26,347 nt of DNA from Ginkgo biloba (Eukaryota; Plantae; Ginkgophyta): NCBI GenBank assembly GCA_024626585.2, contig JANKJI020000004.1:174101892-174128238 (forward strand), read 5' to 3'. Each line of letters starts with the position of its first letter. The stretch's first letter is position 1. Position numbers and translations under genes: made by a program. The notes beneath the pieces are model-generated. The model saw nothing but the letters and a program-made list of their open reading frames with translations. It was not told where the DNA came from and ran no database searches. Shown here piece after piece: positions 11,840 to 24,157 of the stretch.

Positions 11840-12720
11840 AAGAGGAATAGTTTCGTCTACTCATACCATCAACTAAGGTATCTATGTATTTTATTCCCAT
11901 GTAATGTTATCATATAGATCCATGATCTATATATTACTCCTTAGGGATACAAACTCCATCAAAACTACTCTCTCTCTTATGATATGGGTGATGAAGTGAA
12001 ATATATTATCATTGTCCTCTACCTCATAATCAAGGGATCATCCCTAGACAAAGGAAGTGGTATAGACACAACTATAAAAAAAGAATAAAAAATATTCAAG
12101 AATCCATGCCTGCAATAGATATTTATAACTAAGTGACCAATACCCTCTCTATTGTATATTACGATTGTCTAGTCAATACATATAAGACATAGTGTTCCTA
12201 ATTAAAATGTACTCCCTCAATACATCTTTGAATTACTAAAATAAATGAGTAAGGGATCCCACCAATTTTTTTTTTTTTTTTTATCCTATAGACCATGGAT
12301 GATATAATAACTTGCTTAATGAGTGGGAAATCATCCCTTAATAAAATTGAGGTCTTAACTCCATGAGGATTCATCAAAGTCAACTTCTACACTCTTACTA
12401 GATATACAACTACATTTGGTATAGATGTCCCAATACTATCCATATCTACTATCTCTCCTATATAACTTAGACCAAGGATCTTGTATACATCCAATTTGTT
12501 GATAACTATATCACCAAATACCAAGAGTTTAAAACTGTGCACATCTACATGCCAATGCATGATTGACTGATTAACTAGTGTCTCTTTATAATATAACTGC
12601 AAAGTTCTACAAACCATCCATAGTCCACATATGCTTAAAATTACTACATCCTGAGGATTTAAATGGTTGAAAAACTCCCTCATAATGGGGCCATCATTAT
12701 CCTTCTTTGTACTATGTTAT
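11840..12720 (-). pseudogene. Decayed aminotransferase-like plant mobile domain (PMD; MAIN/MAIL-like) ORF, probably transposon-borne
   Basis: HWHVDVHSFKLLVFGDIVINKLDVYKILGLSYIGEIV matches PMD W..ETHTFHL..GE.TITL.DV..ILGL...G..V. Downstream in order: HFN*(W), YLLQAWILEYF, P..R*(W) and YLS*WY. Intronless, with stops, frameshifts and an inserted A17 run (12266-12282). Confidence 0.78.
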
Positions 12721-13039
12721 AGTTCCTTCATCTTCAAGAATGATAAAAGTAAGAAAATCATTAATTTCAAAAAAAAAATAGTAAAAAATTAGCAAATTAG
12801 GGTATGTTGCACATTCACATACATTTTAGCTATGCTAACACCAAATAACATGCAACTATACTATATATTCTTAACAACACACTAATGGGAAGCTAACCAC
12901 CATGTGATCATTCACTAATGAGTGGCACAAAAAAAGTANNNNNNNNNNNNNNNNNNNNNNNNNNNNNNNNNNNNNNNNNNNNNNNNNNNNNNNNNNNNNN
13001 NNNNNNNNNNNNNNNNNNNNNNNNNNNNNNNNNNNNNNT

Positions 13040-13495
13040 TAGTTTAAAATTTATAGTATATAATTTCTTCTGTAGTGGTAGAAAGTTCCTGTGTAGTGGT
13101 AGGCAATTACATATGCATAGATTTTGGATATGTAGACACTCATTTTGAACATTAATGAATGGTGATTGAAATACCACATAGTCGTTTATAAAGTTGGTTT
13201 TAGAGTGTTTACAATCTATATAAATAGAGAGTAATTGATTACAAAGTTTAAACAGANNNNNNNNNNNNNNNNNNNNNNNNNNNNNNNNNNNNNNNNNNNN
13301 NNNNNNNNNNNNNNNNNNNNNNNNNNNNNNNNNNNNNNNNNNNNNNNNNNNNNNNNNNNNNNNNNNNNNNNNNNNNNNNNNNAACTTTAATTCTTTGTAC
13401 ATGTTTTTTTTTAATATAGTTAATGAATGTTATTTAGTTTTTTCACACACAGAGAGTGTGTTTTTCTTCTATACACCTTCCAACTGTATCATCTC
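13040..13495 (+). mobile_element. LTR-like non-coding segment
   Basis: Short direct repeat TGTAGTGGTAG x2 and CTATATAAATAGAGAG TATA context (~13215). Termini are hidden by gaps. Confidence 0.3.
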
Positions 13496-13836
13496 AACTT
13501 GTAAGAAGTATGAAGAAAGAAAAAAGAGTGAAAACAAATACTATGACATACATAATACATATAAATATAGTAAGAATTATTGTTAGAGTATTAAAGGAAT
13601 GAGATCTAAAAAAAAGGTGGAAAGAAAGAATGGAATCAAAGTGTAAGTTCTCTATAAAGTAATGAGGATAATGATATGGAAAATTATTTTAAAGTGGACA
13701 CTAAAATAAATGTATAATATGTAAGAATAATGAAATATTTCAATTGTATTAGTTGGGATAACACTTCAAAGACATGTCCATTTTCTATTAAAAAAATTGA
13801 AGTATGTCAAGTCTATGATATTTGTAAGCATGTTAT

Positions 13837-13990
13837 GATGTACTCGCTTAGTGTTGGAGGATTTGATGTCAATATGCAGTGGAAAATATTTGATCAAATC
13901 CAAGGGGGTAATCCTCTTTCTATCACTTCTATGTTCTTTATCCCAAAAATTAGAGTCTGTGTTCAGCTAGATTCATCTGTATGAATTTTA
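13837..13990. repeat. Dispersed non-coding repeat, copy 1 (copy 2 at 21675-21810)
   Basis: GATGTACTCGCTTAGTGTTGGAGGATTTG..GATCAAATCCAAGGGGGTAATC..ATCTGTATGAATTTTAG aligns with GATGTATCTGCTTATTATTGGAGGGTTTG..GATCAAACTCCAAGGGGGTAATC..ATCTGTGAAGTTTTAG. Confidence 0.7.
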
Positions 13991-14232
13991 GACTTACTAT
14001 AAATTGGACAACATGTGATTGCATGCTATTATAGAGTGAATATGTGTAAATTCATGCCCTGATACATCATCGTATTATGCACCTTCATGTCGTATGTGAT
14101 CGCAACACAATGGCATGTCATAGACTATAACANNNNNNNNNNNNNNNNNNNNNNNNNNNNNNNNNNNNNNNNNNNNNNNNNNNNNNNNNNNNNNNNNNNN
14201 NNNNNNNNNNNNNNNNNNNNNNNNNNNNNNNN

Positions 14233-14296
14233 ACTACAAGGGGAGGTGATCAAAGGCCTTGTCAATGGAGCAAGGTTAAAATATTTTCACACTTAA
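14233..14296 (+). mobile_element. C-terminus of a non-chromovirus Ty3/gypsy (Athila-like) integrase
   Basis: LQGEVIKGLVNGARLKYFHT* matches the VNGxRLKxY/F terminal motif of Athila-type integrases. The upstream part is lost in the N gap. Confidence 0.7.
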
Positions 14297-14899
14297 GAAC
14301 GACATAAAAAAATATATATATTCAAGTGGACACATATAAAAACCAATCCAAGACCAAAGGGGAGAATGACAACGTCAAAATAGGTGGCAGTTAGTTGGAA
14401 GGAAAGGAGATGATCATGACAAGGGTCATATCACCATCAACAAAAATAACCAATAAACATCTAATGAAGTTAAGAAGGCACATATCAAGAAAGGATCATA
14501 AGATAATTATGTGAAAAATGATGAGTGGCAAGATGAGATACAATTAAGTGTAACTGAACAAAGTATAAAAGATGGGATTGGGGCATACAAAAATATCATA
14601 CATCAAAATGAGAGAAAAATGACTGCAATAAAGCTATCAATCACACGATGAGTCATTTTCCTTAGGCAGCTAGGAGAGGAAGTTGACTAGAGGAGAACCA
14701 GTGATAAAACCCTGTGACCATAGGGGAGAGGAAGTCTAAGGGAGACATAACCCAACCAATGACCTCTGCATGAATGATTAAAATTCCCTAATGAACCATA
14801 TCTCAATAAAAGGATGGAGAAATATCCTATCGGGGAAGGGGTTGCTGACGATAAAATTGGTTAACACGATGAGATAACTTAGTGTCGATAACAACTAAC

Positions 14900-17497
14900 A
14901 AAAGGTGAAATCTGGCAGAAGAAAGACTAGAAATGAGAAGACCAACAAGGAGGTGACTAATAGTTAGACATATGATAATATAAAGAGAGATATTAATGAT
15001 ATGAGCCACACTGATAACCACATGAGAAATTGATAAAGTAAAGAGTCAGCCAGGAAGAATTACAAAATGCACAAGAGAAGGAAAGGATGCATAAGCTAGA
15101 AGACATAATAAATACTTAGGTATGTTGTTCACATGCCTTGAGCTTCATGATGAATTAAATCTAGATAACATATATATCAATGATGAAGTCGATAAATCAT
15201 TTGAAGAAGCAATTCAAAAGGCGAACTTGTTATTTTAAGCAATAGAAGAAGAATAGAGCACGAGAAGTCCATAAGCATCACTAGAGGAGATATCACTAAA
15301 TATTCAAATTACACTAGCACACACAACATAGAAGGGTCAAGGAGCACCAAATTAGAAGTCATAGGTGGAAGAAGGCAACATGGTAAAGCAACATATATAA
15401 ATGTATCTAGGTATAAAACATGCAGATTATTTTGAAGTGGGGGATAGTCATAGAGAAACCCTCATCTAGACTAAGTTTGAATCCCAATAATGGGATAGAG
15501 CGACACGATAATAGTTTTAAGAATGGGCGTATAGTGCATGGCTAGAGAAAAGGGTTGAGCCACTAGGAATCATACTAGCACTAGCATCAGAAGCACAAAA
15601 CCTACACAAGTCAAGAATTTTTCAGATTACAGAAATCCCTTGCTTTGGAAAATAGTCAAAGTTCACTCGGTTCCTAGTATAAAGATATCACAACAAGCAA
15701 GTTTGGATAGATGAATCCATCTTGATTGGAATGGACCAAATTACATTGGTGACAAGATTATCAATGGAGCTAAAATGAGACATTAAAAGTGTGGGTCCAC
15801 CAAGAAAATTAGTGATGAGGTGATAAGGGTTAAACTTGATAGTGGAAAAAAATTGATAAGAGGAATTTCCATCAATAGAATTAAGACCAATGGAATAAGA
15901 TGGACAACAAATATTTTTAACACTTAGTTTTGTAGTTTGAGAAGATCATCTAACTTACCGAAGGGGTGGTCCAGGATGATAAAGATTGTTGTCGACCAAG
16001 GAGTACCATTCCCATGGGCAAAATACCTCAAAGAACAAATCCATGAAGTAATCAAGCAAGCACTGTTGAAAGGTAATCCTTTTTGCATGCCGAATCTACT
16101 TATCACATTAGTCATGTTAAAGTATCCTCCACCTGGAATGTTAGATAAAATGCATGTCGATTTATCCTTCTCGTATTATGATCACTGAAAGAATAAATAA
16201 GTGAAATAACAATACACCATAATGATGTCAAATTAGAAAGAAATGATGTATTCCAGTGCCTTAACAACTATGAGAGTGTCGAGGGGGTTCAACATGCATT
16301 ATTGTCAAGGGGACAACCCACAAATCTAGCTACTCCTAGAGTTGGATTTTACAAAGATAAAATGTCTCAGGTTCAAGAAACAATGCTAGTTGTTACCTTA
16401 TATTGCAACATGGACACATCTAAAGGAAGAGTATCACCAACAAACCAAGAAGACATTGCAAGAAGTGTTGAGTGCCCCACTATCAAAACCAACAACACAC
16501 TTAGGAGAGTCATCCTGAAAGAAGATATCCAAGAAAAGGAAGGAGAAAGAAAAGAAGAGAAATACTCCACCGACAAGTGAAGAAGAAGAAGATAAAGAAG
16601 AAGAACTAATCAAAAGAACAAAAAGGCAAAAGAGTGAGGGGAATAGTAAAAAGTACCATATAGAGAATATTAGAAAGGACAAGATAGAGAGTAGTAGAAA
16701 GAACTAAATAGAGTAGTATAGAGAAGTAGATAGAGAACAATGAAAAAACCCTAAAGATAATTAATTTAGAAATAGGGGGGACATAAAATACTTAAGAAGA
16801 GTAAGAGCACCGTTAATAAGATGGAGGATCAGGACAATAATAATAACCATAGCAATAACAACCGTAGTTGTAAGAGCAAGGATCAACTCTAATATAGATA
16901 GATAAAGGGATAGTTGTTAGAGATGATAACACATCAATATTATATGTCTAACAATAGCAACAAACCAAGGAAGAAAGCACTAAGAAATAAGAATAACCCT
17001 CGAGCACCAACCTAGTCCAACAGACCCAATTCAAATAAATGTATGAGAGATATAAAAAGAATCAACCCAATCTAGTAAAGGAATAATCATAATATGAGGG
17101 GACAACTCAAGGAGAAACACAATGTTCCACCAATAATAATACTGAGAGTGATAAATAGGATGATGTTGGTAGCATGTTATCATTTCATAAAGAATCAACC
17201 AAGTCTAGTAAGTGTCAACTAATAGGGGGGGACATCTTCAAATTTTGAGATATCAACAAGCCCCTAGTGATCCCATTAGAAATATTTTGAGAGAAATCAC
17301 CAAGTGGTGTCATGATAGTCACATCCAAACTATCAATAGAGACCTTTATGAAGACTCAATATATCATGAATAAAGAGAACATGATTAGACTAGAACAAAA
17401 GAGCTCATTAGAGAAGAGGGTAAAATACATATCTCAAGATATGGATGAATTGGTGTAGTTTGCAAAGGCCAAGGTTGAAAATATGATGGATTTATAC
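14900..17497 (+). pseudogene. Decayed retrotransposon accessory ORF, copy B, sense to and downstream of the integrase end
   Basis: Homologous to copy A from ~15070 to the gap at 17497 (see alignments under copy A). Includes track ORFs 15937-16188 and 16302-16580 and a purine-rich E/K linker at 16500-16800. The start position is uncertain. Confidence 0.8.
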
Positions 17498-17949
17498 NNN
17501 NNNNNNNNNNNNNNNNNNNNNNNNNNNNNNNNNNNNNNNNNNNNNNNNNNNNNNNNNNNNNNNNNNNNNNNNNNNNNNNNNNNNNNNNNNNNNNNNNTAA
17601 AAAAACACACACATACACGCACACATATATATATGATAATTAGGGACATATACCATATATAAGTAACATATCTAATCTCAAAAGAAATCTAATAAATATT
17701 TTTAATATATTAGGATCCCTCCTAGAAAGAACTACCTAGGTGGTGGTAGATCCCCTACTCTATGTCCATCTAGATCCCACTTTGTTATCATTAAAAATAA
17801 ATATATATGAGTAATATCAACTAAACTAATACTAATAGTAGGGGCCATATTTAAAATTTCTTAATCTTATGAATTTTTTCCCCCTCAATTAGTAGATCCA
17901 CATTCAAGTATATCCCCATATCCTCTAACTACCCCTCTATCTTAACCTC

Positions 17950-18698
17950 TTATTCTATCCACTCTTACTTCTCCTCCTACATCTCTAATCATGATTTATC
18001 TATTCCCAATAGTCGATGGTCATAATGGAAATTCTCCATGTTCTTGAATTAAACCTATAAATACATATTTAAGTTTGTATTTTATATTATCTCAAATGAT
18101 AGATGAAATAATACAAATTATATCATAAATTCATATAGACTCCATCACCAACTCTTATAACCATAGGAGATATGTTAATATGTTGAGGTGGGAAGTCTAG
18201 ATATCCTTTTTAATTAATAATTAAATATGGATTAATTTCTATATAAAATAGATATCATATAAAAATTCTATCTATCCATGCATTAGACACACCCATCATT
18301 AAATGTTGAGCACTAGATTGTCTCTAATCTCATAGTTATACAACCCGCCACTTGATTAATAAGGAATACTATTTGTAATAAAATAGGGCCCTCCCTATGA
18401 TATCAAGTGCATAAATAATTCATATNNNNNNNNNNNNNNNNNNNNNNNNNNAGAATCAATATTTAAGGGAATGTAGATATCCTCCTTCTAATATAATAAG
18501 TAGTTATGGCCTACATAATTGATTCTAATAATATACCTATCTAGTTGAATAATATTTCTTACAGTTATACACTATATATCAACATAAATTATGGGGAATA
18601 CCTTCATATATTAATACATAATAATTAATAAAATATTTTATAATCATCACTACCAAGAGGACGTGCTCATCCAAAATATATGAGATATTAATGGGATG
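17950..18698 (-). pseudogene. Second, more decayed PMD-like remnant (C-terminal half)
   Basis: EGIPHNLC..FN*IGILLESIM*AITTYIRR parallels GGIPYSF..HFN*..I..Y.R.GI of the first PMD copy. Further downstream RQSSAQHLMMGVS resembles the PMD RQFG..Q..P motif and is followed by a G/R-rich tail. Confidence 0.45.
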
Positions 18699-18798
18699 NN
18701 NNNNNNNNNNNNNNNNNNNNNNNNNNNNNNNNNNNNNNNNNNNNNNNNNNNNNNNNNNNNNNNNNNNNNNNNNNNNNNNNNNNNNNNNNNNNNNNNNN

Positions 18799-19280
18799 CC
18801 TATTTGGATGATCATAGTTTTGGTTATTGGATTTTCCTCTTATAAGAGTTTAAGCTTGAGTCTGTACATCGAAAGGATAATAAAGGAATGATTCTAGATA
18901 AAATAATTACAAAATATCTTCCTTCTCCTTAAGATTCTATTTCAATAGTTTACATTTATTTACTTCATGATGCCTTACTCTTAAATTTAGATGAAGATTA
19001 ATATTGTAGAGATATAATATGATATCTTAAGCATCAATAGAATTCTCTTCATATTATAAATTTTAATAGTAGAATATTTTCATTCAATATCATAATTATA
19101 TAATTAACGATGGAACTCTTTATAAGAGGTCAATTTATGGAGTATTGAATCATTGTTTTACTAGAGAAAAGTTTCAATTAATCTAAATGAATTTCATTCT
19201 AATTCATGTGGAGGATAATTTTTTACTTTGACCACTATAGCTAAGATTATGATAGTTGGATTCCATAGGCATAATATTAT
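18799..19280 (+). mobile_element. Decayed Tat/Ogre-like Ty3/gypsy pol fragment: RNase H end, linker and integrase zinc-binding domain
   Basis: WIFLL*EFKLESVHRK.NKG; YCRDII*YLKHQ; NYIINDGTLYKRSIYGVLNHC; LNEFHSNSCGG*F..TIAKIMIVGF, matching WxxLQEFDLE / WYxDIIxYL / LYRRxxDGVLxRC / ExHxGxCGGHF. Confidence 0.82.
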
Positions 19281-20029
19281 CACCCATTTTAGTACCCATT
19301 ATATTCATTATACCTATTTAAGGATATATGAGCCTTATCGTATGGTCATTTCCCACTATTCTTATGAATTACCATTTGCATTATGATTACTTTCTTATCA
19401 CATAGCTAACCTTATGGAATTCTATAAATTTCCTATGGTTATATATAAATTATACCTCACTCAAAAAATTTTATGATTCTATATGTATCACAATAGGGAT
19501 TATTTGAGTTGAATAAGTCACTACTAGAATCAATTGAGTCCAAAAAACAACAAATGATCATAAATATCTAAGAATATTAAGATACAAAATAATTTCTATC
19601 TTACAAATGAGTCTTAAGTGACCTCATAGACTAAAAATTTGCCTCCTTGGGATTAAATCCAACTTTCCTACTATTTTGAAACTAACTTATGGTTATCATT
19701 ATAAACATAGGTTTTTTTACCCTTTTCCAAACATATGGATTTGCGCTAACAATCTATATGATTATGTCAAATTTTAAATACAATCATAGTGATTAACATA
19801 CTATTTAGTACTTATTATAGATTATTATGTATAATTAGTACCACATATAATTACACTTGCATTATTTTATGTTCCTTATCTCCATTCATCACTTCATTTA
19901 CATATTATCTTATGTAAAATACTTTCATTACCATGGTTATCCTATTGTGCTTCCATTTATATCATGTTATATTACTACATGGAATTTATTTACTTCACTA
20001 ATCGTACATAACCATATGTTNNNNNNNNN

Positions 20030-20500
20030 NATTCTTTTGAATTTTGTGGAAGAAATTCTAATCCAAGGGTCAAATAAATGTATATAGATAATTAATACTT
20101 TAATTTAATTTAGTTAATTAAGTTTAGTTATTTGATTATTTGTTGTTAATATTTTTGTTAGGTATGAAGGACTATTCTAGAAGAAATTTACTATTGTAAA
20201 ATGAGCGAGAAATTATAGCCTTTGACTTATAAATACATGTATTATTCTACTCATGAACAATGGGTGAGAGTTATATTATTCATATAAATAATTTTGATTT
20301 AATGAACAGAGTATCTATTATTATCCTTAGTCTCTAAGTTGTTGTTGTGAATATATAATGATTTTGTTGATTACAATAAATGAGATTGCAAATAGTGATG
20401 ATTGTTAGATATATGTTATATGAATGTTAAGAGAATAGATTATCTGTGTTGTTTGTGGTATTATCCATCTTGTGTTGTGATCAAAATGGTTGGTAATGTA
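20030..20500 (+). mobile_element. LTR-like non-coding segment
   Basis: TATAAATACATGTA (~20228), then AATAAA and a GT-rich U5-like tract. No confirmed termini. Confidence 0.3.
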
Positions 20501-21674
20501 GGTTAACAGTAACATTAAGCTATTAAAATAATAGTAACAAATTGGTTCCATTTTAAAATAGGAGAAAATATAATCACTCTTACAAGAATAGTTGGTATAA
20601 AGTAGAGAAACATTGTTTGTATTCCCATGTTATTATAATATTTGGTTGAAATCTTAAGAAACTAGGCCAAACTATATGTTAAAGTGTATATATATAATAA
20701 TTTATTCATATCTTCTCAATAAATGTATGGTAGGATCATTGAAGGAGATATAAAGAGAACTTTGGGAGTCTGATAATGAGTCATCTCTTCAAATGAAGGA
20801 TTTAGAGTCTAATACCATAGTTATGAGTAATACACAAACATATTAGATGACATCATAAGATTAGGTGAAAATTTACCAAACTATAAAAATTTTGGATAGT
20901 TTGAAGGAAGGTTTGGAGGTTTACAAGAAGAAAAAAGTAGAGTTACCAATCTTCTTATGTGTTATTCCAATAGTTACTCTAGATTCACTTGTGTTAGATC
21001 AAGANNNNNNNNNNNNNNNNNNNNNNNNNNNNNNNNNNNNNNNNNNNNNNNNNNNNNNNNNNNNNNNNNNNNNNNNNNNNNNNNNNNNNNNNNNNNNNNN
21101 NNNNATGTCCAACAATAATTATAAATATGCATGATTTAGAGTTCTTATTTATAGATAGATATTATGCTTCAAAAATAAGGATTTAAACCTTTCCATGGCC
21201 TGCATTTTATTCTTTTGAATTAAGTATAAATCTTATACAGTTTGATATTAAGGCTTAGGCATGAATTAAATAATTCTACATAGCCTAAGAATATTTATTT
21301 TAGTACATACAAAAGGAACTAGAAAAACCAATTAAAACTGCTCTTTAATTCCTCTAAATAGAAATTATTATATAATCAACCCTTGTTACAGAAAATAAAG
21401 ATTATAATAAGAGAGAAATTATCACTATAAGAAATAAAAATGAATAAGATCTTAATAATGAAATAGGGATCATTATATTCCATATTTACATCACTATAGG
21501 TATAAAAGTGAGTTCTACAAAGAATATCCCATTAGCATCCCTTCTCCAATTTTAGGGAAAAAGTCTAGAAGAAACAAATGTTTTTTTATTTGAATTTGAT
21601 GTCCTATATTTTGGAAATTTAAATTATTCTCATCCACATTAAAACAAGAATCATTATATTAAACTATGAGCATG

Positions 21675-21810
21675 GATGTATCTGCTTATTATTGGAGGGT
21701 TTGTCAAATTGTAGAAAAAGTGATTAGATCAAACTCCAAGGGGGTAATCTAATTATGTCAAATGGAGACTATACCTAATGATGAAATCCAACTATCTGTG
21801 AAGTTTTAGG
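21675..21810. repeat. Dispersed non-coding repeat, copy 2 (copy 1 at 13837-13990)
   Basis: Shares the TTGGAGG..GATCAAA(C)TCCAAGGGGGTAATC core in the same orientation as copy 1. Confidence 0.7.
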
Positions 21811-22069
21811 CCCTAACTATGTATAATGTTTGAGAAAATTATGCATTGTATTTTTGTGCATGCTTTAGAGCTTCACCATGTCAATGCCTATGCTTGGAGC
21901 ATGCATTTTTGTGGTACCATGTTTCTGTAATGCATTTTTGTGATACAGCCTATAAAACTTGAGAAACTAAAATTCCACCTATAAAATTAAGCATCACCTA
22001 TATGAAGCCCAAGTTTTACCACATATTTTCCCTATAAACTCCATCACACTCAACTGCAAAGATTCTAGA

Positions 22070-22426
22070 TGTTAATGAATTCCCTCAAGGAGATTATAAG
22101 GATCTATCCTATCAAGGTCAACCTCAAAGATCACAAATAGATAATCAAGCATCATCCTTCATAATAGAAATATTAGAAAAAGATAACTCTTCTCTATTCA
22201 TCAATCTATAAAGAATACAAGTGATAAAAATGTGTGTAGGAATACACAATGGCTCTCTTTTATAGGTTAAGAGAGCTATGTTTACAATAGTAACCCTAGA
22301 GAAAGATTCCATGCAATCTTTCTTCCAAAATTTTCTAACCACTAACTTAATTAGTTAAAAGCTAACAAAGATCATGTCATATTTAGTAACAAGCCTTTGC
22401 ACATATTAGTAGGAAACTAATAAGAG
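22070..22426 (-). mobile_element. LTR-like segment
   Basis: Minus strand has a CCTATAAA..GAGAGCCATTGTGT TATA context and ends ..ATTAACA near 22070. Confidence 0.4.
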
Positions 22427-22526
22427 NNNNNNNNNNNNNNNNNNNNNNNNNNNNNNNNNNNNNNNNNNNNNNNNNNNNNNNNNNNNNNNNNNNNNNNNNN
22501 NNNNNNNNNNNNNNNNNNNNNNNNNN

Positions 22527-22880
22527 ACTGCTAAGTACACCAGTGTGAGATACAAAGTGGGAGCACAAAGGTCGCTCCTATAAAAATACATAAAATCCAT
22601 ATCGAGAAAACAAAGAACTAAACTAAGCTATGCAAGCTAAGATATGTAGTCTGGTACAATAAAATGGAAGAGCAAATCGAAGAAGTCGAGAAAATGATCC
22701 CTCTAATAAGGGAGGGGGGATGATGATGCCGCTTATCAACCACCCCCTCTTCTACTCTCACTTATAACATCTGAGACTGAAAAGAAGAAACTCGTAATGA
22801 ATGACTGGTCTGAGGATCTGGGAGATATAGAAGAACTAGTCTGGGAAATATCTCAATGTCTTGATGAAATATATCTGTGC
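22527..22880 (-). mobile_element. Possible 3' internal tail of a younger copia-like element
   Basis: Visibly higher GC and retained CpGs; DIF.. followed by a nearly open degenerate frame. The resemblance to copia post-RNase H tails is from recall only. Confidence 0.3.
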
Positions 22881-24102
22881 CAAGATTAGATTATCTTAAG
22901 TTATTAGATTATCTTACAAGTAATACTTTGAATACCATTTTCCTTGTTGAGATATAACCCAATGTATAAATGTGACTAAACTTAACATTTATGGGAGAAA
23001 TAATATAATTTTCATTATAGAAAATTAAAAAGTTATACTTATAGTTCTCCTAATCATCAAATAAGTGGGATGGAAAGAATATTATGGATGTAACAACATT
23101 CCCATCTATGAATTTAAGAGAAACTTAGATAGTATCAAGAGTTGTAAAACAAGTAGATCTCAAGGAGTAAGAAATTAGCTAGATTTAAAGTCGTATCATC
23201 TAATTATAAACTTAGGTTTATAAACTTTAAATAGTGAGAAAAAGTTATAATTTAAACTATCATCTTATCTAAAACTATGAAGTAAATAGAAAGTATGAAA
23301 GTAGATCACTAGAACAAAACGATATGAAATAAAATTTAAGAAATAAAACACAATAGACAATCTCATAGCCTATAACAACAAGTTTATATATTAATTATAA
23401 GGGAATTATAATATAGTGTTTGTTGGATTTTCTTCTATATAATGCTTATTAGAATCAGTAAGAATCCATTTATAATCAAAATATTCAAAGGAAACTTACC
23501 TACATTCTTTATTGACTTAAAAAGAATTTATATATTATTTTTCTCCTAAAATAAAAACTAAGGCCTATAATAGTGATAATCTAAGGGAATTTTAGTTAAA
23601 AGAATTAGACCCTTTATTTGTCTTAACTTATCATTCTAGGAGAGCTAATTGATAGGCATATGAGTTATTTTTCTTAAGGTGCATTCTCAAACCTAAAAGG
23701 AAGCTCCAACTAAATTTTAAGTGACCAAAAGTAATTCACATGGATATTAGCTATATAAGGTCTTCTTCCTCTTCATTATTGTATCATCATAGTTAGCATC
23801 TCTACTTACTTTTCTCATTGAAAATTTCCTCTTTTGGGAAGTAGATGCTTTCAACATTAGCCTTTTGGGTAGAAAGTACTTTAACCATTTCTCTATATTG
23901 GTAATAGGTGATACCACTCTTTTATCATTCACTATTTTTCACTATTGTTTAGAATTTTTATATTATTTAATATTTGATCTTACTAAGAATATTTTTTAAT
24001 TATCATAATTCTTTATTATTTGGTTCATTTTATAAAGCAATTGTGAGTTATTTACTTCTCTATAGTTGTTATTTATTTGAATTATTTAGCAAGACTTATT
24101 TT

Positions 24103-24157
24103 GGGCCTTACAAGTGGTATTATAACATTAAGTACGAATATTAAGAGTGGTATCAGA
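24103..24157 (+). promoter_or_regulatory. LTR 3' end followed by two iMet PBS-like sites
   Basis: GGGCCTTACA AG TGGTATTATAAC (PBS-like, 24115-24126) and GAG TGGTATCAGA (24148-24157, exact 10-nt match to the iMet PBS). Confidence 0.55.

Noticed and set aside
12387-12683. Functional host MAIN/MAIL-like gene exon
   Set aside because: The frame continues collinearly with stops, frameshifts and a homopolymer expansion, with no evident intron structure.
17056-17211. Repeated KEST[Q/K]SSK peptide in copy B as LC8 motifs
   Set aside because: It is a real 23-bp internal repeat but lacks the Q-[T/V/C]-[D/E] pattern, and the Q is not retained in both copies.
2652-17497. Copies A and B as terminal inverted repeats of one giant element or a hairpin-RNA locus
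   Set aside because: Divergence is high and concentrated at synonymous sites, which fits independent insertions of different subfamilies.
17598-17636. A/CA/TA microsatellite-like run
   Set aside because: Ordinary low-complexity sequence at a gap edge.
22885-22937. 14-bp tandem duplication and a weak PBS-like TGGTATTCAAAG on the minus strand
   Set aside because: Too degenerate and lacks an adjacent CA LTR end.
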